64,000 nt of DNA from Promethearchaeota archaeon (GTDB lineage Archaea; Asgardarchaeota; Lokiarchaeia; Sigyniarchaeales; SOKP01), in the NCBI GenBank assembly GCA_016839555.1, contig JAEOUA010000010.1, positions 320,001-384,000 on the forward strand, written 5' to 3'. Of the stretch, positions 19,997-30,557 are shown piece by piece. The translations under genes were made by a program, and so were the position numbers. The notes below the pieces were generated by a model. It saw nothing but the letters and a program-made list of their open reading frames with translations. It had not been told where the DNA came from and searched no databases. Position 1 is the first letter of the stretch, and each line of letters opens with the position of its first letter.

Positions 19997-20794
19997 TCAA
20001 ATTTGTATTGTTTCCAAAACTTCATCTACTTCGTAATTTTCATGAACGATTTTATGAAGTGCTCTCACTATTTTGGTGGGATCTTCTGCCTGAAACACGT
20101 TTCTTCCAAATGCAACTCCAGAACCACCCGCTTGAATTGAATCATATACCATATTAAATAATTCTTCATTCGTATCCATTTTAGGTCCTCCCGCTATAAT
20201 TACAGGAATATGAACACTTTTTACAATATACTTAAAGGAATCTATATCACCAGTATAATTAGTTTTCACAATATCAGCTCCTAATTCTGCACCTACCCTT
20301 ACTGCGATATTAACAACATCAGGATCATGCTCCTCCGCAATTTTTCTACCTCTTGGGTACATCATTGCTAATAAGGGAACTCCCCATTCCCTACAGTCTT
20401 CAACCACTTTTTGGGCATCTTGAAGCATTTCAGGCTCATCGTCCGCTCCAATATTGATATGAATGGAAACAGCATCAGCGCCCATTTTTAACGCTCGTTC
20501 TACACTACACACTAATATTTTTTTATTTGGATCGGGCGCTAATTTTGTAGCACCAGAAAGGTGGACAATCAATCCAATATCTTTACCATATTTCCTATGA
20601 CCTGCACCAATCATTCCAGAATGCTCTAATACTGCATCAGCTCCTCCCATTGCCACTTTATCGACCATTGCAGCCATATCTTCAAGTCCTTTAATTGTTC
20701 CTACTGATAAACCATGATCCATTGGAATAATAATTGTTCTTCTTGACTCTCGATTAATAATTCTTTCAATTCTAATGCTTTTTCCTAAACTCAA
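19997..20794 (-). CDS. aroA': 2-amino-3,7-dideoxy-D-threo-hept-6-ulosonate synthase / DhnA-type class I aldolase
   Basis: PMDHG, MMYPRG, ELGADIVKTNYTG, AGGPK, GRNVFQ. Confidence 0.85.
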   Translation of the reverse strand: MSLGKSIRIERIINRESRRTIIIPMDHGLSVGTIKGLEDMAAMVDKVAMGGADAVLEHSGMIGAGHRKYGKDIGLIVHLSGATKLAPDPNKKILVCSVERALKMGADAVSIHINIGADDEPEMLQDAQKVVEDCREWGVPLLAMMYPRGRKIAEEHDPDVVNIAVRVGAELGADIVKTNYTGDIDSFKYIVKSVHIPVIIAGGPKMDTNEELFNMVYDSIQAGGSGVAFGRNVFQAEDPTKIVRALHKIVHENYEVDEVLETIQI

Positions 20795-20926
20795 TTTATA
20801 TCACTTTTTATAACCTTTAATTTAAAATTTCTACATTAAATTACAAATTAATTAATTTTTTAAGATTAATAAACAATAAGTATTGAGAAAAAGATATATC
20901 GAATTGGGAATAATACAAAATATATA

Positions 20927-22375
20927 ATGAAAAAAAACCCGACAACCATTTTAATTTATCCACAACTGGAATTTGCCGGCGCTCAAATCCCTACCCCACC
21001 ATATTCAATTTTATTTATCGCTGATTACCTTTTAAAGCAAAATATAGACGTAAAAGTTTTCGATCTGCGATTTGATTCATATAAACAAGTAAAAGAAGCT
21101 CTTTCCAACAATGATATAGAATATATAGGAGTATCTGCCATGACGGGACCCCAAATTAATTATGCATTACAAATCACTAAATATCTTAAAAAAAATTTTA
21201 AATACATTAAAATTGTATGGGGGGGCATCCATGCAACAATTTTACCAGAACAAACCCTCCAAAATAAGCTAATCGATTTTGTTATTAGAGGAGAAGGTGA
21301 AAAACCATATTATGAGTTAATTAATGGTAAAAATATAAAGCAAATAAAGGGTCTCTCCTATAAAAATAAAAATAAAATCCATCATAATCCGAAATCAGAT
21401 CTTTTAAATAAATCAGAAATTAATGAACAAAAAATACCTTGGAAACTCATAAATTCGAAAAATTATATTCGAAATGGCAACTTTATTATTATAACAAGCA
21501 GAGGTTGTCCTTATAGATGTTCTTTTTGCTATAATAGTATCTTTAATAACAGATGGAGGGGATGGACTGCAGAAAAGTGTATGGAGGAGCTTGATAAAGC
21601 CGTTGATTATGGAGCAAAGAAGCTTACTTTTTATGATGATAATTTTTTTGCGAATTCCCAGCGGATTAAAGATTTATTTAAATATTTTAAAGAAAAGGAA
21701 CTAATATGGAAAGCTGAATTAAGGGTTGATCAGTTAAATTATTCATTGGCAATAAAAGCTAAAAATCATGGTTGTGAACAGTTATTTTTTGGCGCAGAAT
21801 CAGGTTCACAGAAGGTATTAGATATACTCAATAAAGAAGTTACTGTAAGTGATATAATTAATAGTGCCAGAATAGTGAATGATGTAGGTATACAAGCAGA
21901 TTATAGCTGGATGATTGGTATACCTGGCGAGAATTGTAATGATGTAAGAAAAACACTTTCACTTATTAAGAAAATTAGAGAGATCAATTCAAATTCTGAA
22001 TTTTCTATTAAAATTCTCTTTCCTTATCCCAAAACTGTGATATATGAGAAAGCATTAAAAAAAGGATTCAAACCTCCTCAAATTTTATCAGAATGGGGCA
22101 ATATTAGAAGAGAAAGAGCATCAAAATATCTGAAGCATAAAAATCTCCTAGAAATGATTGCAATTACTAGTGCAATTGTAGGAAAAAAAATATTTAAAGA
22201 AAATAATATACCTCCTCTTAAAATTCTAAGATTTTTTGCTGATTTCCGCTGGGATAAAGAGATCTTTAGTTTCGGTATTGAAAACTTCTTCTTTAAACTC
22301 TTTAAAGATGTAATTGAGAAGGTAATTTCTGATAAAGATACATCATATGATCCTTTTTCTCACAAAATTGTTTAA
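20927..22375 (+). CDS. B12-binding radical SAM protein
   Basis: WGGIHAT, RGEGE, TSRGCPYRCSFC, DDNF. Confidence 0.9.
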   Translation: MKKNPTTILIYPQLEFAGAQIPTPPYSILFIADYLLKQNIDVKVFDLRFDSYKQVKEALSNNDIEYIGVSAMTGPQINYALQITKYLKKNFKYIKIVWGGIHATILPEQTLQNKLIDFVIRGEGEKPYYELINGKNIKQIKGLSYKNKNKIHHNPKSDLLNKSEINEQKIPWKLINSKNYIRNGNFIIITSRGCPYRCSFCYNSIFNNRWRGWTAEKCMEELDKAVDYGAKKLTFYDDNFFANSQRIKDLFKYFKEKELIWKAELRVDQLNYSLAIKAKNHGCEQLFFGAESGSQKVLDILNKEVTVSDIINSARIVNDVGIQADYSWMIGIPGENCNDVRKTLSLIKKIREINSNSEFSIKILFPYPKTVIYEKALKKGFKPPQILSEWGNIRRERASKYLKHKNLLEMIAITSAIVGKKIFKENNIPPLKILRFFADFRWDKEIFSFGIENFFFKLFKDVIEKVISDKDTSYDPFSHKIV

Positions 22376-22386
22376 ACAATAAGAAG

Positions 22387-22408
22387 AGACATATTCATGA
22401 ATATGTCT
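22387..22408. repeat. Perfect 22-bp palindrome
   Basis: AGACATATTCA|TGAATATGTCT. Confidence 0.8.
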
Positions 22409-22499
22409 TAAAAATATGAAAATATATTTACAGGAAATATAAAAATTAAGAATCAACATTTTTAATTAAATAATTAATATTTAGAGAACATGTAATTTA

Positions 22500-22652
22500 A
22501 TGGTTATTCCATCAACTTATTACCTAAAATTACAAAATATTAAATTAAGAACTGAAAATAGATTAAAAAGATATGGTTTTGCATTATTATATCTAATTCC
22601 ACTTGTTATATGGGCTTTTGGCGTCTATTTTATATTTGCATTTTTACTTTAA
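22500..22652 (+). CDS. Possible small single-TM protein (50 aa)
   Basis: MVIPSTYYLKLQNIKLRTENRLKRYGFALLYLIPLVIWAFGVYFIFAFLL*. Confidence 0.4.
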   Translation: MVIPSTYYLKLQNIKLRTENRLKRYGFALLYLIPLVIWAFGVYFIFAFLL

Positions 22653-22771
22653 GCTTAAATTATTTTCATAACAATAATATTTCATATTAATTTTGGATAA
22701 TAATTATAAAAGGAAATAAATAAATTAATAGAGGAAAAATTTATATAAAAAAAAGAGGGATTTAAAAATAT

Positions 22772-23254
22772 TTATACCCTTGAATCGCTGATTTCCGGCG
22801 GTGGGGTGGTCTTATTTTTTTCAAAAATATCACTCATTATTCGATAGAAATCTTTTCTTCTTTCTGTAAAATGAACCTTATCTTCTCCTTTATTTTGCTC
22901 AAGAGTAGCTTTCCAGGCAAAGACTGCAGGATTTCCTTTTTTCATTATTAAAGATCCCTTTTTACGTTTAAAACATTCAATTTTTAACACTCCTTTCGCT
23001 TCGTTGAGTGGTATAATTTGAGATACATCATGCCATCGAACCCATTTACTCGTTCCAGTCTTATACATAGGTGTATTAAACCCAACTTTCAGTCTCCATG
23101 CAAACCCATTATCACTTACCAATAATGTACCATGTTCACTGCCAAGTTTGCATTTGGAAGTAATTAAAACATCACCTATAGGATCAGAAGAAACCATTTT
23201 ATCAAAAACATCTTTTCTATCAGAAGAAAGTTCCCATCCTTCCATTACTGGCAT
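22772..23254 (-). CDS. Hypothetical protein, possibly PH-like fold
   Basis: GGTGA ribosome-binding motif; beta-strand pattern (GTLLVSDNGFAW) with a C-terminal helix. Confidence 0.65.
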   Translation of the reverse strand: MPVMEGWELSSDRKDVFDKMVSSDPIGDVLITSKCKLGSEHGTLLVSDNGFAWRLKVGFNTPMYKTGTSKWVRWHDVSQIIPLNEAKGVLKIECFKRKKGSLIMKKGNPAVFAWKATLEQNKGEDKVHFTERRKDFYRIMSDIFEKNKTTPPPEISDSRV

Positions 23255-23493
23255 ATATTTTCACCTTATTTATTTCTTGGTAAAATAATATTTTTATAAA
23301 TATTGGATGAATTCTATTAAGAAATAATCCTATTAAAATTTTTATGAAAATATTAATTGTAGAAGTAATAGTAATTCTAAAAAGTCATAATAAAAAAAAG
23401 CTAAAATTGATTACAAAATAATAATATAATTATCCAAATTTTAAAATAACTTGATTCTTAGAAGATAATTAGAGTTAAAGTGAAATAGACTAT

Positions 23494-25617
23494 ATGAAAA
23501 ATGAAAAAAAATCTTCAAAAGAAGAATTCATCTTTGAATTTTACGAAGATTTAGAGCAAAACTTTGCTACAGAAATATCCTCTGTTTCAAGTCAATATAA
23601 TCAAATTAATTTTAAGCATAATTTAAATAAAGAACAGCTAAATATTATTAATAATATTCAAGGTCCCATGCTCGTAATTGCGGGCGCAGGTTCTGGAAAA
23701 ACTCGCACAATTATTTATGCTGTAGCCAAATTATTGCTCTCTGGTGTTCCTTCAAATAATATAATGCTGGTAACATTTACCAATAAAGCAGCAAAAGAAA
23801 TGATTGATAGGCTTGAGATATTATTAGGTAAAAAGCCAAAAGGAATTTGGGCAGGCACTTTTCATTCAATGGCCAATCGCTTTATTAGAAGATATGCTAA
23901 AACGCTTGGATTAAAAGCTAATTATACAATTATGGATCAAACTGATGCGAAAGCGTTAATGAAATTAGCAATGGAGGAGGTTAATATTTCGGAACTAGAA
24001 GAACGGTTCCCAACATCCGCCATGGCAAAAAATATTCTTTCATATTTAATTAATTGCAATAAGACAATTCGAGAAGTCATTTTATGGAAATATAGTGATT
24101 TTGATAAAGATATAATCGAAAATAAATTAAAAGAAGTTTATAAAAGATATGAGAAAAAAAAGGCTGAAGATGGCTTATTAGATTTCGATGATTTGTTGGT
24201 TTATTGGAATCGCTTATTGGATGAAAAATTAGTGGCTCGAATGATTGCTCGTAAAATAAAGTATATATTAGTTGATGAATATCAAGATACAAATCATATT
24301 CAAGATGAAATTATTCATAAAATAGTATCTTTAAATCCTGAGAAAAATGTCATGGTAGTTGGAGATGATGCCCAATCTATTTATGCTTTTCGCGGTGCTA
24401 ATTTTGAGAATATTCTTAATTTTGAAGAACGATATAAAAATTGTAAGAAATATAAAATAACTTCCAATTATAGAAGTGTTCCAGAAATTTTAGAATTAGC
24501 AAATGATTCTATAGAGCATAATAAATTTCAACATAAAAAAGAAATGAAACCTATTCGTTTTTCTACTGGAATAAAACCCTTTCTAGTAAGTGTTTCTGAA
24601 GATGAAGAACAAGCAAAATTTATCGCAAATCAAATCTTAAAATTAAGAACTGAAGGATATTATTTAAATGAAATTGCTGTGTTATTTCGAGCAAGTCGCC
24701 ATTCCCTTAAGATTGAACAGGAACTCCAGAATAAAAATATACCTTACGAAGTTCGAGCGGGTGTAGCATTTTTTGAAAAAGCGCATATAAAAGATGCGCT
24801 CGTTCATTTAAGAATAATAGAAAATTCTTATGATGAAATTGCTTGGTCTAGAATTTTCGCTCTTATTCCGGGATTAGGAAAAACATCTGGAAATAAAATA
24901 TTTTCAGAAATTTCCAAAACCGATAATCCTTTAGAAACTATTTTGAAAGATGATTTTTTTAAGAAAAAAATGAATGGCTCCAGAATTCCATCAGCTGGTA
25001 TCAAAAATCTAATTAATCATATAAAGCCATTAATTAAATATACCGCTGAAGAGGATCCTTCTGAACTATTATTGGAGGTTATTAATCTCCTTGAAGAATA
25101 TATAAGAGTAAGATATGAGAACGCAGAAGATAGGTTTGAAGATCTTAAAGCTTTAGCAATTTATTCTCAAAACTATCCTACAATTCGAAGGTTTTTAGAA
25201 ACTTTAAGCTTGAATAAATCTAATATTGAATCAAAAACAGTATTAACAGGTGATAAAACAGAACGAGAAAAACCTTTAATACTTTCCACGATCCATCGAG
25301 CAAAAGGATTAGAATGGCGAGTGGTATTTATTCCAATGCTCTGTGAGGGCTATTTTCCTTCATTTCAAGTAATTGGAGATCAAGATGCTTTAGAGGAAGA
25401 ACGCAGAGTATTCTATGTGGCAATTACACGGGCGAAGGACCAATTATATTTAATTACTCCTGCACTAATTCAGTCATGGAGGGGATTTAGAACGGCAACT
25501 ACTTCTCAATTTGTTGAGGAACTTAATTCAAATGTGTACAAAAGCTCATCGGTCAAATTTAAGAAAAAACAAAAAGCAAACTTCCTTACGGCTGATAAGT
25601 TATTAAAAAAAAGTTAA
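23494..25617 (+). CDS. uvrD: UvrD/PcrA/Rep SF1 DNA helicase
   Basis: AGAGSGKT, TFTNKAA, DEYQD, GDDAQSIYAFRGA, STIHRAKGLEW, YVAITRAK. Confidence 0.95.
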   Translation: MKNEKKSSKEEFIFEFYEDLEQNFATEISSVSSQYNQINFKHNLNKEQLNIINNIQGPMLVIAGAGSGKTRTIIYAVAKLLLSGVPSNNIMLVTFTNKAAKEMIDRLEILLGKKPKGIWAGTFHSMANRFIRRYAKTLGLKANYTIMDQTDAKALMKLAMEEVNISELEERFPTSAMAKNILSYLINCNKTIREVILWKYSDFDKDIIENKLKEVYKRYEKKKAEDGLLDFDDLLVYWNRLLDEKLVARMIARKIKYILVDEYQDTNHIQDEIIHKIVSLNPEKNVMVVGDDAQSIYAFRGANFENILNFEERYKNCKKYKITSNYRSVPEILELANDSIEHNKFQHKKEMKPIRFSTGIKPFLVSVSEDEEQAKFIANQILKLRTEGYYLNEIAVLFRASRHSLKIEQELQNKNIPYEVRAGVAFFEKAHIKDALVHLRIIENSYDEIAWSRIFALIPGLGKTSGNKIFSEISKTDNPLETILKDDFFKKKMNGSRIPSAGIKNLINHIKPLIKYTAEEDPSELLLEVINLLEEYIRVRYENAEDRFEDLKALAIYSQNYPTIRRFLETLSLNKSNIESKTVLTGDKTEREKPLILSTIHRAKGLEWRVVFIPMLCEGYFPSFQVIGDQDALEEERRVFYVAITRAKDQLYLITPALIQSWRGFRTATTSQFVEELNSNVYKSSSVKFKKKQKANFLTADKLLKKS

Positions 25618-25683
25618 TATAAGATAAGATTTTTTCCTAAGTTATTTATAATTAGAATAAATAATTACCCGCATTGAGAAAGT

Positions 25684-27255
25684 TTACCATGGTCTTTCGA
25701 TAATGGTTGGTCGTGCTATTTTGGCCTTCTTAGGATAATCTACATTATAATGAATTCCTCTACTCTCTTTTCTTGAAATCGCACTTACTATTATAATTTT
25801 TGCGACTGTTGCCAAATTTCTTAACTCAATAAGGTTTTTTTCGATTTTGAAGTCCCAATAATACCTTTCTATCTCATCAAGTATTAGATTGATTCTTTTT
25901 TTAGCTCTTTGCAATCTTTTGTCCGTTCTTACAATTCCCACATAATTTTGCATAAATCTACGAAGCTCATCCCAGTTCTGGGTTATAACTATTGCCTCAG
26001 TAGAGGGTATTGCATTCCCAGGCTCCCAAGGCTTAAATTCTTTAATCTTTAAGTTATTAGCTATAGATGCCAGGGTTTCAGCGCAATTATGTCCACATAC
26101 TAATCCTTCTATTAATGAGTTACTTGCTAACCTATTTGCTCCATGAAGACCTGTACATGCAGATTCTCCAATAACATATAAATTTTTTACTTGAGTAGTA
26201 CCATCTATTTTGGCACTTACGCCTCCACAACAATAGTGGGCTGCGGGAACAATAGGTATAGGCTCTTTAGTAATATCAATATTAAATTCTAAACATTTTT
26301 TATAAACTCCAGGAAAGTGCTTCTTAATAAACTCTGGCTCTCTTTGTGACGCGATATCTAATAATACATAATCATCTCCCGTTCTTTTAAGTTCAAAATC
26401 GATTGCTCTGGAAACTATATCTCGAGGGGCCAAATCTTTCATTGGATGATATTTTTTCATAAATTTCTTTCCACTTAAATTTTTTAGGATGGCTCCCTCC
26501 CCTCTCATGGCTTCTGTGATAAGAAATGATTTAGCATAGGGATGATATAGACAAGTTGGATGGAATTGAAAGAATTCCATATTTGAGATTGCGGCACCTG
26601 CTCGATATGCCATCGCGATTCCATCTCCAGATGCCACGTCGGGATTTGAAGTATAAAGATAAATTTTACCACACCCTCCCGTAGCTAATATAGTTGCTCC
26701 TGCGCCAATATTATGAATCTCTTCCTTCTCCTGATCTAGAACATAAACTCCAAAACATTTCATATTTCGTGCATAGAGATTAATTGCACACATATCTTCT
26801 TTTATCTCAACATTATCACATTCTTTCACTTTATCTATGAGAGCTTCTTCTATATATCTCCCTGTGAGATCATTCACATGGAGAATTCGTCGCTCAGAAT
26901 GGCCTCCTTCCCTTCCAAGATCATATTCTCCATCGCTATTTCTAGAAAAATCAACTCCCCACTCAATCAACTCATGGATTCGCTCTGGAACTTGAGTTAT
27001 AATCTCTCTCACTACCTCTTCATTACACAAGCCATCGCCAGCTTCAAGTGTATCTTTTATATGTTTCTCAAAACTATCATTTTCATCCCATACACAGGCT
27101 ACTCCTCCTTGTGAGTAATATGTATTACATTCTTCCAATTCTTGTTTAGTTATTAAAAGAATTTTTTTATTTGGTGAAAGTCGAGATAACCTTATGGCTA
27201 AAGATAATCCAGAAATCCCCCCACCTATTATTAAAAAATCAGTCTTAAACCTCAA
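25684..27255 (-). CDS. nadB: L-aspartate oxidase
   Basis: GGGISG, EGGHSERRILH, EFFQFHPT, TGLHGANRLASNSLIEG. Confidence 0.95.
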   Translation of the reverse strand: MRFKTDFLIIGGGISGLSLAIRLSRLSPNKKILLITKQELEECNTYYSQGGVACVWDENDSFEKHIKDTLEAGDGLCNEEVVREIITQVPERIHELIEWGVDFSRNSDGEYDLGREGGHSERRILHVNDLTGRYIEEALIDKVKECDNVEIKEDMCAINLYARNMKCFGVYVLDQEKEEIHNIGAGATILATGGCGKIYLYTSNPDVASGDGIAMAYRAGAAISNMEFFQFHPTCLYHPYAKSFLITEAMRGEGAILKNLSGKKFMKKYHPMKDLAPRDIVSRAIDFELKRTGDDYVLLDIASQREPEFIKKHFPGVYKKCLEFNIDITKEPIPIVPAAHYCCGGVSAKIDGTTQVKNLYVIGESACTGLHGANRLASNSLIEGLVCGHNCAETLASIANNLKIKEFKPWEPGNAIPSTEAIVITQNWDELRRFMQNYVGIVRTDKRLQRAKKRINLILDEIERYYWDFKIEKNLIELRNLATVAKIIIVSAISRKESRGIHYNVDYPKKAKIARPTIIERPW

Positions 27256-27389
27256 AATACATTTCCTTATTTGCCGAATTTAGAATTTTATTAGAATTTA
27301 TAATCATTTTTAAGATATTAATTTAATACTTCTTTTTAGGTTTCACAAAATTTTTTTTTGATTTTTTAATTTAATTTAATCGAGAATAT

Positions 27390-27893
27390 ATGAATAAAAA
27401 AGTAAAAAATGTACTTTTTGTATGCTTTGGCAATACAGCAAGAAGTCCTGCCGCGGAAGGAATCGCTAAAGCACTAAAAAGGGATAAATATTCTGAAGAA
27501 TTAGCTAATGTTAATTTTGATTCTGCAGGGTTCTTTAATGTTTATAAAACTGCTCAACCGGCAACTATAGAATATCTAAAAAAAAATTGGAACATTGATT
27601 TTAGCGATTTTAAAGGGAAGATTATGGATGAAGATTTATTGAAAAAGCAAGATCTCATTTTAGTTATGCAACCACGCCATTTAAAGAGGCTAAAAAGAAA
27701 ATTTAAAAATCTTAAGGAAGTTCAAAAAAAGGCTCATATCTTATTAGAATATGCACAAGTTCCAGGAGACCCAGATATTGAAGATCCGGTCAATTTAAAT
27801 GAAAAAGAATATGAAGAAATAATAAAAACTGTGGAAAATGGAGTTATTGAATCCATTAAAAAAATTATTAAAATTAATAAAGACTTAACTTAA
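27390..27893 (+). CDS. Low-molecular-weight protein phosphatase, paralog 1
   Basis: P-loop VCFGNTARS; DIEDP. Confidence 0.88.
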   Translation: MNKKVKNVLFVCFGNTARSPAAEGIAKALKRDKYSEELANVNFDSAGFFNVYKTAQPATIEYLKKNWNIDFSDFKGKIMDEDLLKKQDLILVMQPRHLKRLKRKFKNLKEVQKKAHILLEYAQVPGDPDIEDPVNLNEKEYEEIIKTVENGVIESIKKIIKINKDLT

Positions 27894-27930
27894 ATTAACC
27901 AGTTTTATCTAATTAAAGAGTTAATATTTT

Positions 27931-28686
27931 CTATTTTATTTTTTTCATTAATTCAGTAAAAATTTCACCTGCTTTCCCTTGCAACACAATATCTGCTAAA
28001 TCATCCATAATGGTGGATTCATTATTAATAAAAATGATTTTTGAGCCGCTTTCTTTTGCAATTAAAGGTACTGAATTTGCTGGACTTACTAGCAAGGAGC
28101 TCCCCACCATAATTAGGCAATTTGCTTTTCTGACAGCATTAAGTGCAGCGTTCAAGACACCTAATGGTAAAGATTCACCAAAAAGAATCACTTTAGGTTT
28201 TATAAACCCAGAACATTTATCGCATACAGGATATTCAACATTTTTGGTATCAACCTCATCTAATTCATATTCTTTCCCGCATTTTATACATTCTAACTTT
28301 TTATATGATCCATGTAATTCGTAGATTGGAATATTTTTATATTTCCCGCTACCCGCTCTTTGATGCAACATATCTACATTTTGTGTTATCACCGCCTTCA
28401 CCTTGCCCATTTTTTCCAGCTCTGCAATAGACTTATGAGCTTCATTTGGTTCAGCATTTTCCAATTGGTCGGTAAGTTCATTATGCATTGTCCAGAATGG
28501 TTTAGGGTTTTCTAAGAAAACATAATAATTTCCATGATAAGAAAGGTCATATTTTGACCAAATTCCACCTTCACTTCGAAAGTCTGGAATACCCGATTCA
28601 GTTGATATACCCGCACCTGAAAATACAACAATGTTTTCTGAATTATTGATTATTTCAGCAGCTTCATTTATTTTTGATTCTGACAT
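27931..28686 (-). CDS. cobB: NAD-dependent deacylase (sirtuin, CobB/Sir2)
   Basis: GAGISTESGIPDFR, TQNVD, HGS, two CxxC, GSSL. Confidence 0.93.
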   Translation of the reverse strand: MSESKINEAAEIINNSENIVVFSGAGISTESGIPDFRSEGGIWSKYDLSYHGNYYVFLENPKPFWTMHNELTDQLENAEPNEAHKSIAELEKMGKVKAVITQNVDMLHQRAGSGKYKNIPIYELHGSYKKLECIKCGKEYELDEVDTKNVEYPVCDKCSGFIKPKVILFGESLPLGVLNAALNAVRKANCLIMVGSSLLVSPANSVPLIAKESGSKIIFINNESTIMDDLADIVLQGKAGEIFTELMKKIK

Positions 28687-28900
28687 TTTTTACCTAAAAT
28701 TATCCATATATGTATATATAAATAAGTTGAAGGTTTTTTATTCATCTCTGTCAATTAAAAATAAAAATGAAAATTAAAATTAATGGTATAAATTTATAAA
28801 AATTAAAAGGAAAATAGTAGATAATCTCTATAGAAAAAAGTTTATCTTGATATCTTTTTTCTTTATTATAAAATAAGTTTTGTATCATAATTTCTTAAAA

Positions 28901-29377
28901 ATGAAAAAAATTGAAAGTATTCTTTTCGTGTGTTTGGGAAACACAGCACGCTCTCCCGCAGCAGAATATTTAGCAAAGCATTATGCACAGAGATATGATC
29001 TTAATCTAAAAATTGAGAGTGCCGGATTCATTAACGCGTTCTCTTATATGCAATCTCAATCAAGATCATATTTAAGTGCTAAAAATATCGATTACTCGGA
29101 TTTTAGACCTCAGATAATAAATTGGAAATTATTAGAAAGAAATGATTTGATAATTACGATGGAGAGGAGCCATAAAGTAGATATACTCAATACTTACGGA
29201 AATATCGATAACATTGAAAATAAGGTGTATACATTGAAAGAGTTTAACGGAGCATCAAAAGATCTGGATATCGTCGATCCTTATTATACCTCTTCTAGAC
29301 TTTATTCCCAAGTTTTAAAGGAAATTGATGAGAATATAGAAAAACTAATTTTCAAAATTAAAAAATTCAATGAATAA
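28901..29377 (+). CDS. Low-molecular-weight protein phosphatase, paralog 2
   Basis: P-loop VCLGNTARS; DIVDPYY; ATG at 28901 preferred. Confidence 0.88.
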   Translation: MKKIESILFVCLGNTARSPAAEYLAKHYAQRYDLNLKIESAGFINAFSYMQSQSRSYLSAKNIDYSDFRPQIINWKLLERNDLIITMERSHKVDILNTYGNIDNIENKVYTLKEFNGASKDLDIVDPYYTSSRLYSQVLKEIDENIEKLIFKIKKFNE

Positions 29378-29397
29378 TAACAAATTTAGAATGTATT

Positions 29398-29916
29398 TTA
29401 CATTCGAATTTCATTTAAAAAATCATCTAAATAAAATAAATTCTCGGTCTCAATTATTTCTTTTAACACATAAGCCAAGGAATATTTAAATGCCCAGACC
29501 TCAACCACCTTCCCTAACTCTTTTAATTTTTTTATTACGGGAAGAAAATCACCATCCCCAGAAACTAAAGCAGCAATATCATATTTATTCTCATAAGCTA
29601 AGGAGATCATATCGATAGCAATTCTTACATCCACTTTTTTTTCAAATACATTATGGGATATTGTTTTATCGAAGCTTGTTTGAATTTGATATCCACTGCG
29701 TTCTCTTAAGTTTTTATACCATTTCTTTTTTTTTCTACTGAGTGGATAAACGATACCTTCATAGAGGAAAATACCTTCTAATCTCCTCTCATTGGCAATA
29801 ATTTTTTTTAATTTTTCATAATCAGCTTTCACTTTGTACTTTTTAAAACCCTTAAAGATATTACTATTATCTAAAAAAATAATGAGCCTCTTCTCTTTTT
29901 GGGCAGTATATTTCAT
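29398..29916 (-). CDS. NYN (LabA/DUF88, PIN-like) domain protein
   Basis: DNSN, EKKVD, DM, SGDGDF. Confidence 0.88.
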   Translation of the reverse strand: MKYTAQKEKRLIIFLDNSNIFKGFKKYKVKADYEKLKKIIANERRLEGIFLYEGIVYPLSRKKKKWYKNLRERSGYQIQTSFDKTISHNVFEKKVDVRIAIDMISLAYENKYDIAALVSGDGDFLPVIKKLKELGKVVEVWAFKYSLAYVLKEIIETENLFYLDDFLNEIRM

Positions 29917-30001
29917 GTTTCTTTCCCTAGATATATTTAATCAAATTATTTATGGCAAATTTCGATTTTATTTTCTTTAAATAAGAATATTATATAAATC
30001 A

Positions 30002-30376
30002 TTATTTCTCCTTCCTCATTTTCAACATCTCAACTATTTTTTCAGTTATAGGAAGAGAATCTAAAAAAATGCTGACAAATTTATATATTGTATCATATTC
30101 TTCATAGTTCTGAAGTTTTTCTTTTTCTTGCTCTAGATTTTTTTTTATTTGACTAAATTCTTTTTTATATTTCAGATAATCTTTAACAGCGGAGAGATAT
30201 GAATTAATAAATCCATTCATTATCGAATTCATAGAATAACGCTTGATTTTTGCGTTTATTCCCTCTTTTTCTTCTATAATTTTTCTTTTCAATAAATCAT
30301 TAAGTTCTTGAGAAATAGTACCTTTAGATAATCCTGTTAATTCTTTTAATTTAATTTGAGTAAGCTCCTTTCGTGT
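30002..30376 (-). pseudogene. 5'-truncated wHTH (GbsR/MarR-like) transcription regulator
   Basis: The open frame extends upstream of the track ORF as TRKELTQIKLKELTGLSKGTISQELNDLLKRKII (an HTH), but is bounded by a stop with no start codon. Confidence 0.65.
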
Positions 30377-30557
30377 TTACCATTGCAAAAATAAAATATT
30401 GATTTAAATGAAATTTTAAAACTGGACATAAATCATATTTAATCTGATTTATCCTTAAAATCTTAAAATTCTTTAATATTAGATAATTAATCATTACATA
30501 TTATAAAAATGGTTTTTGAAAATAGAATAGAAATATTAAGAATTACGAATTGATGTT

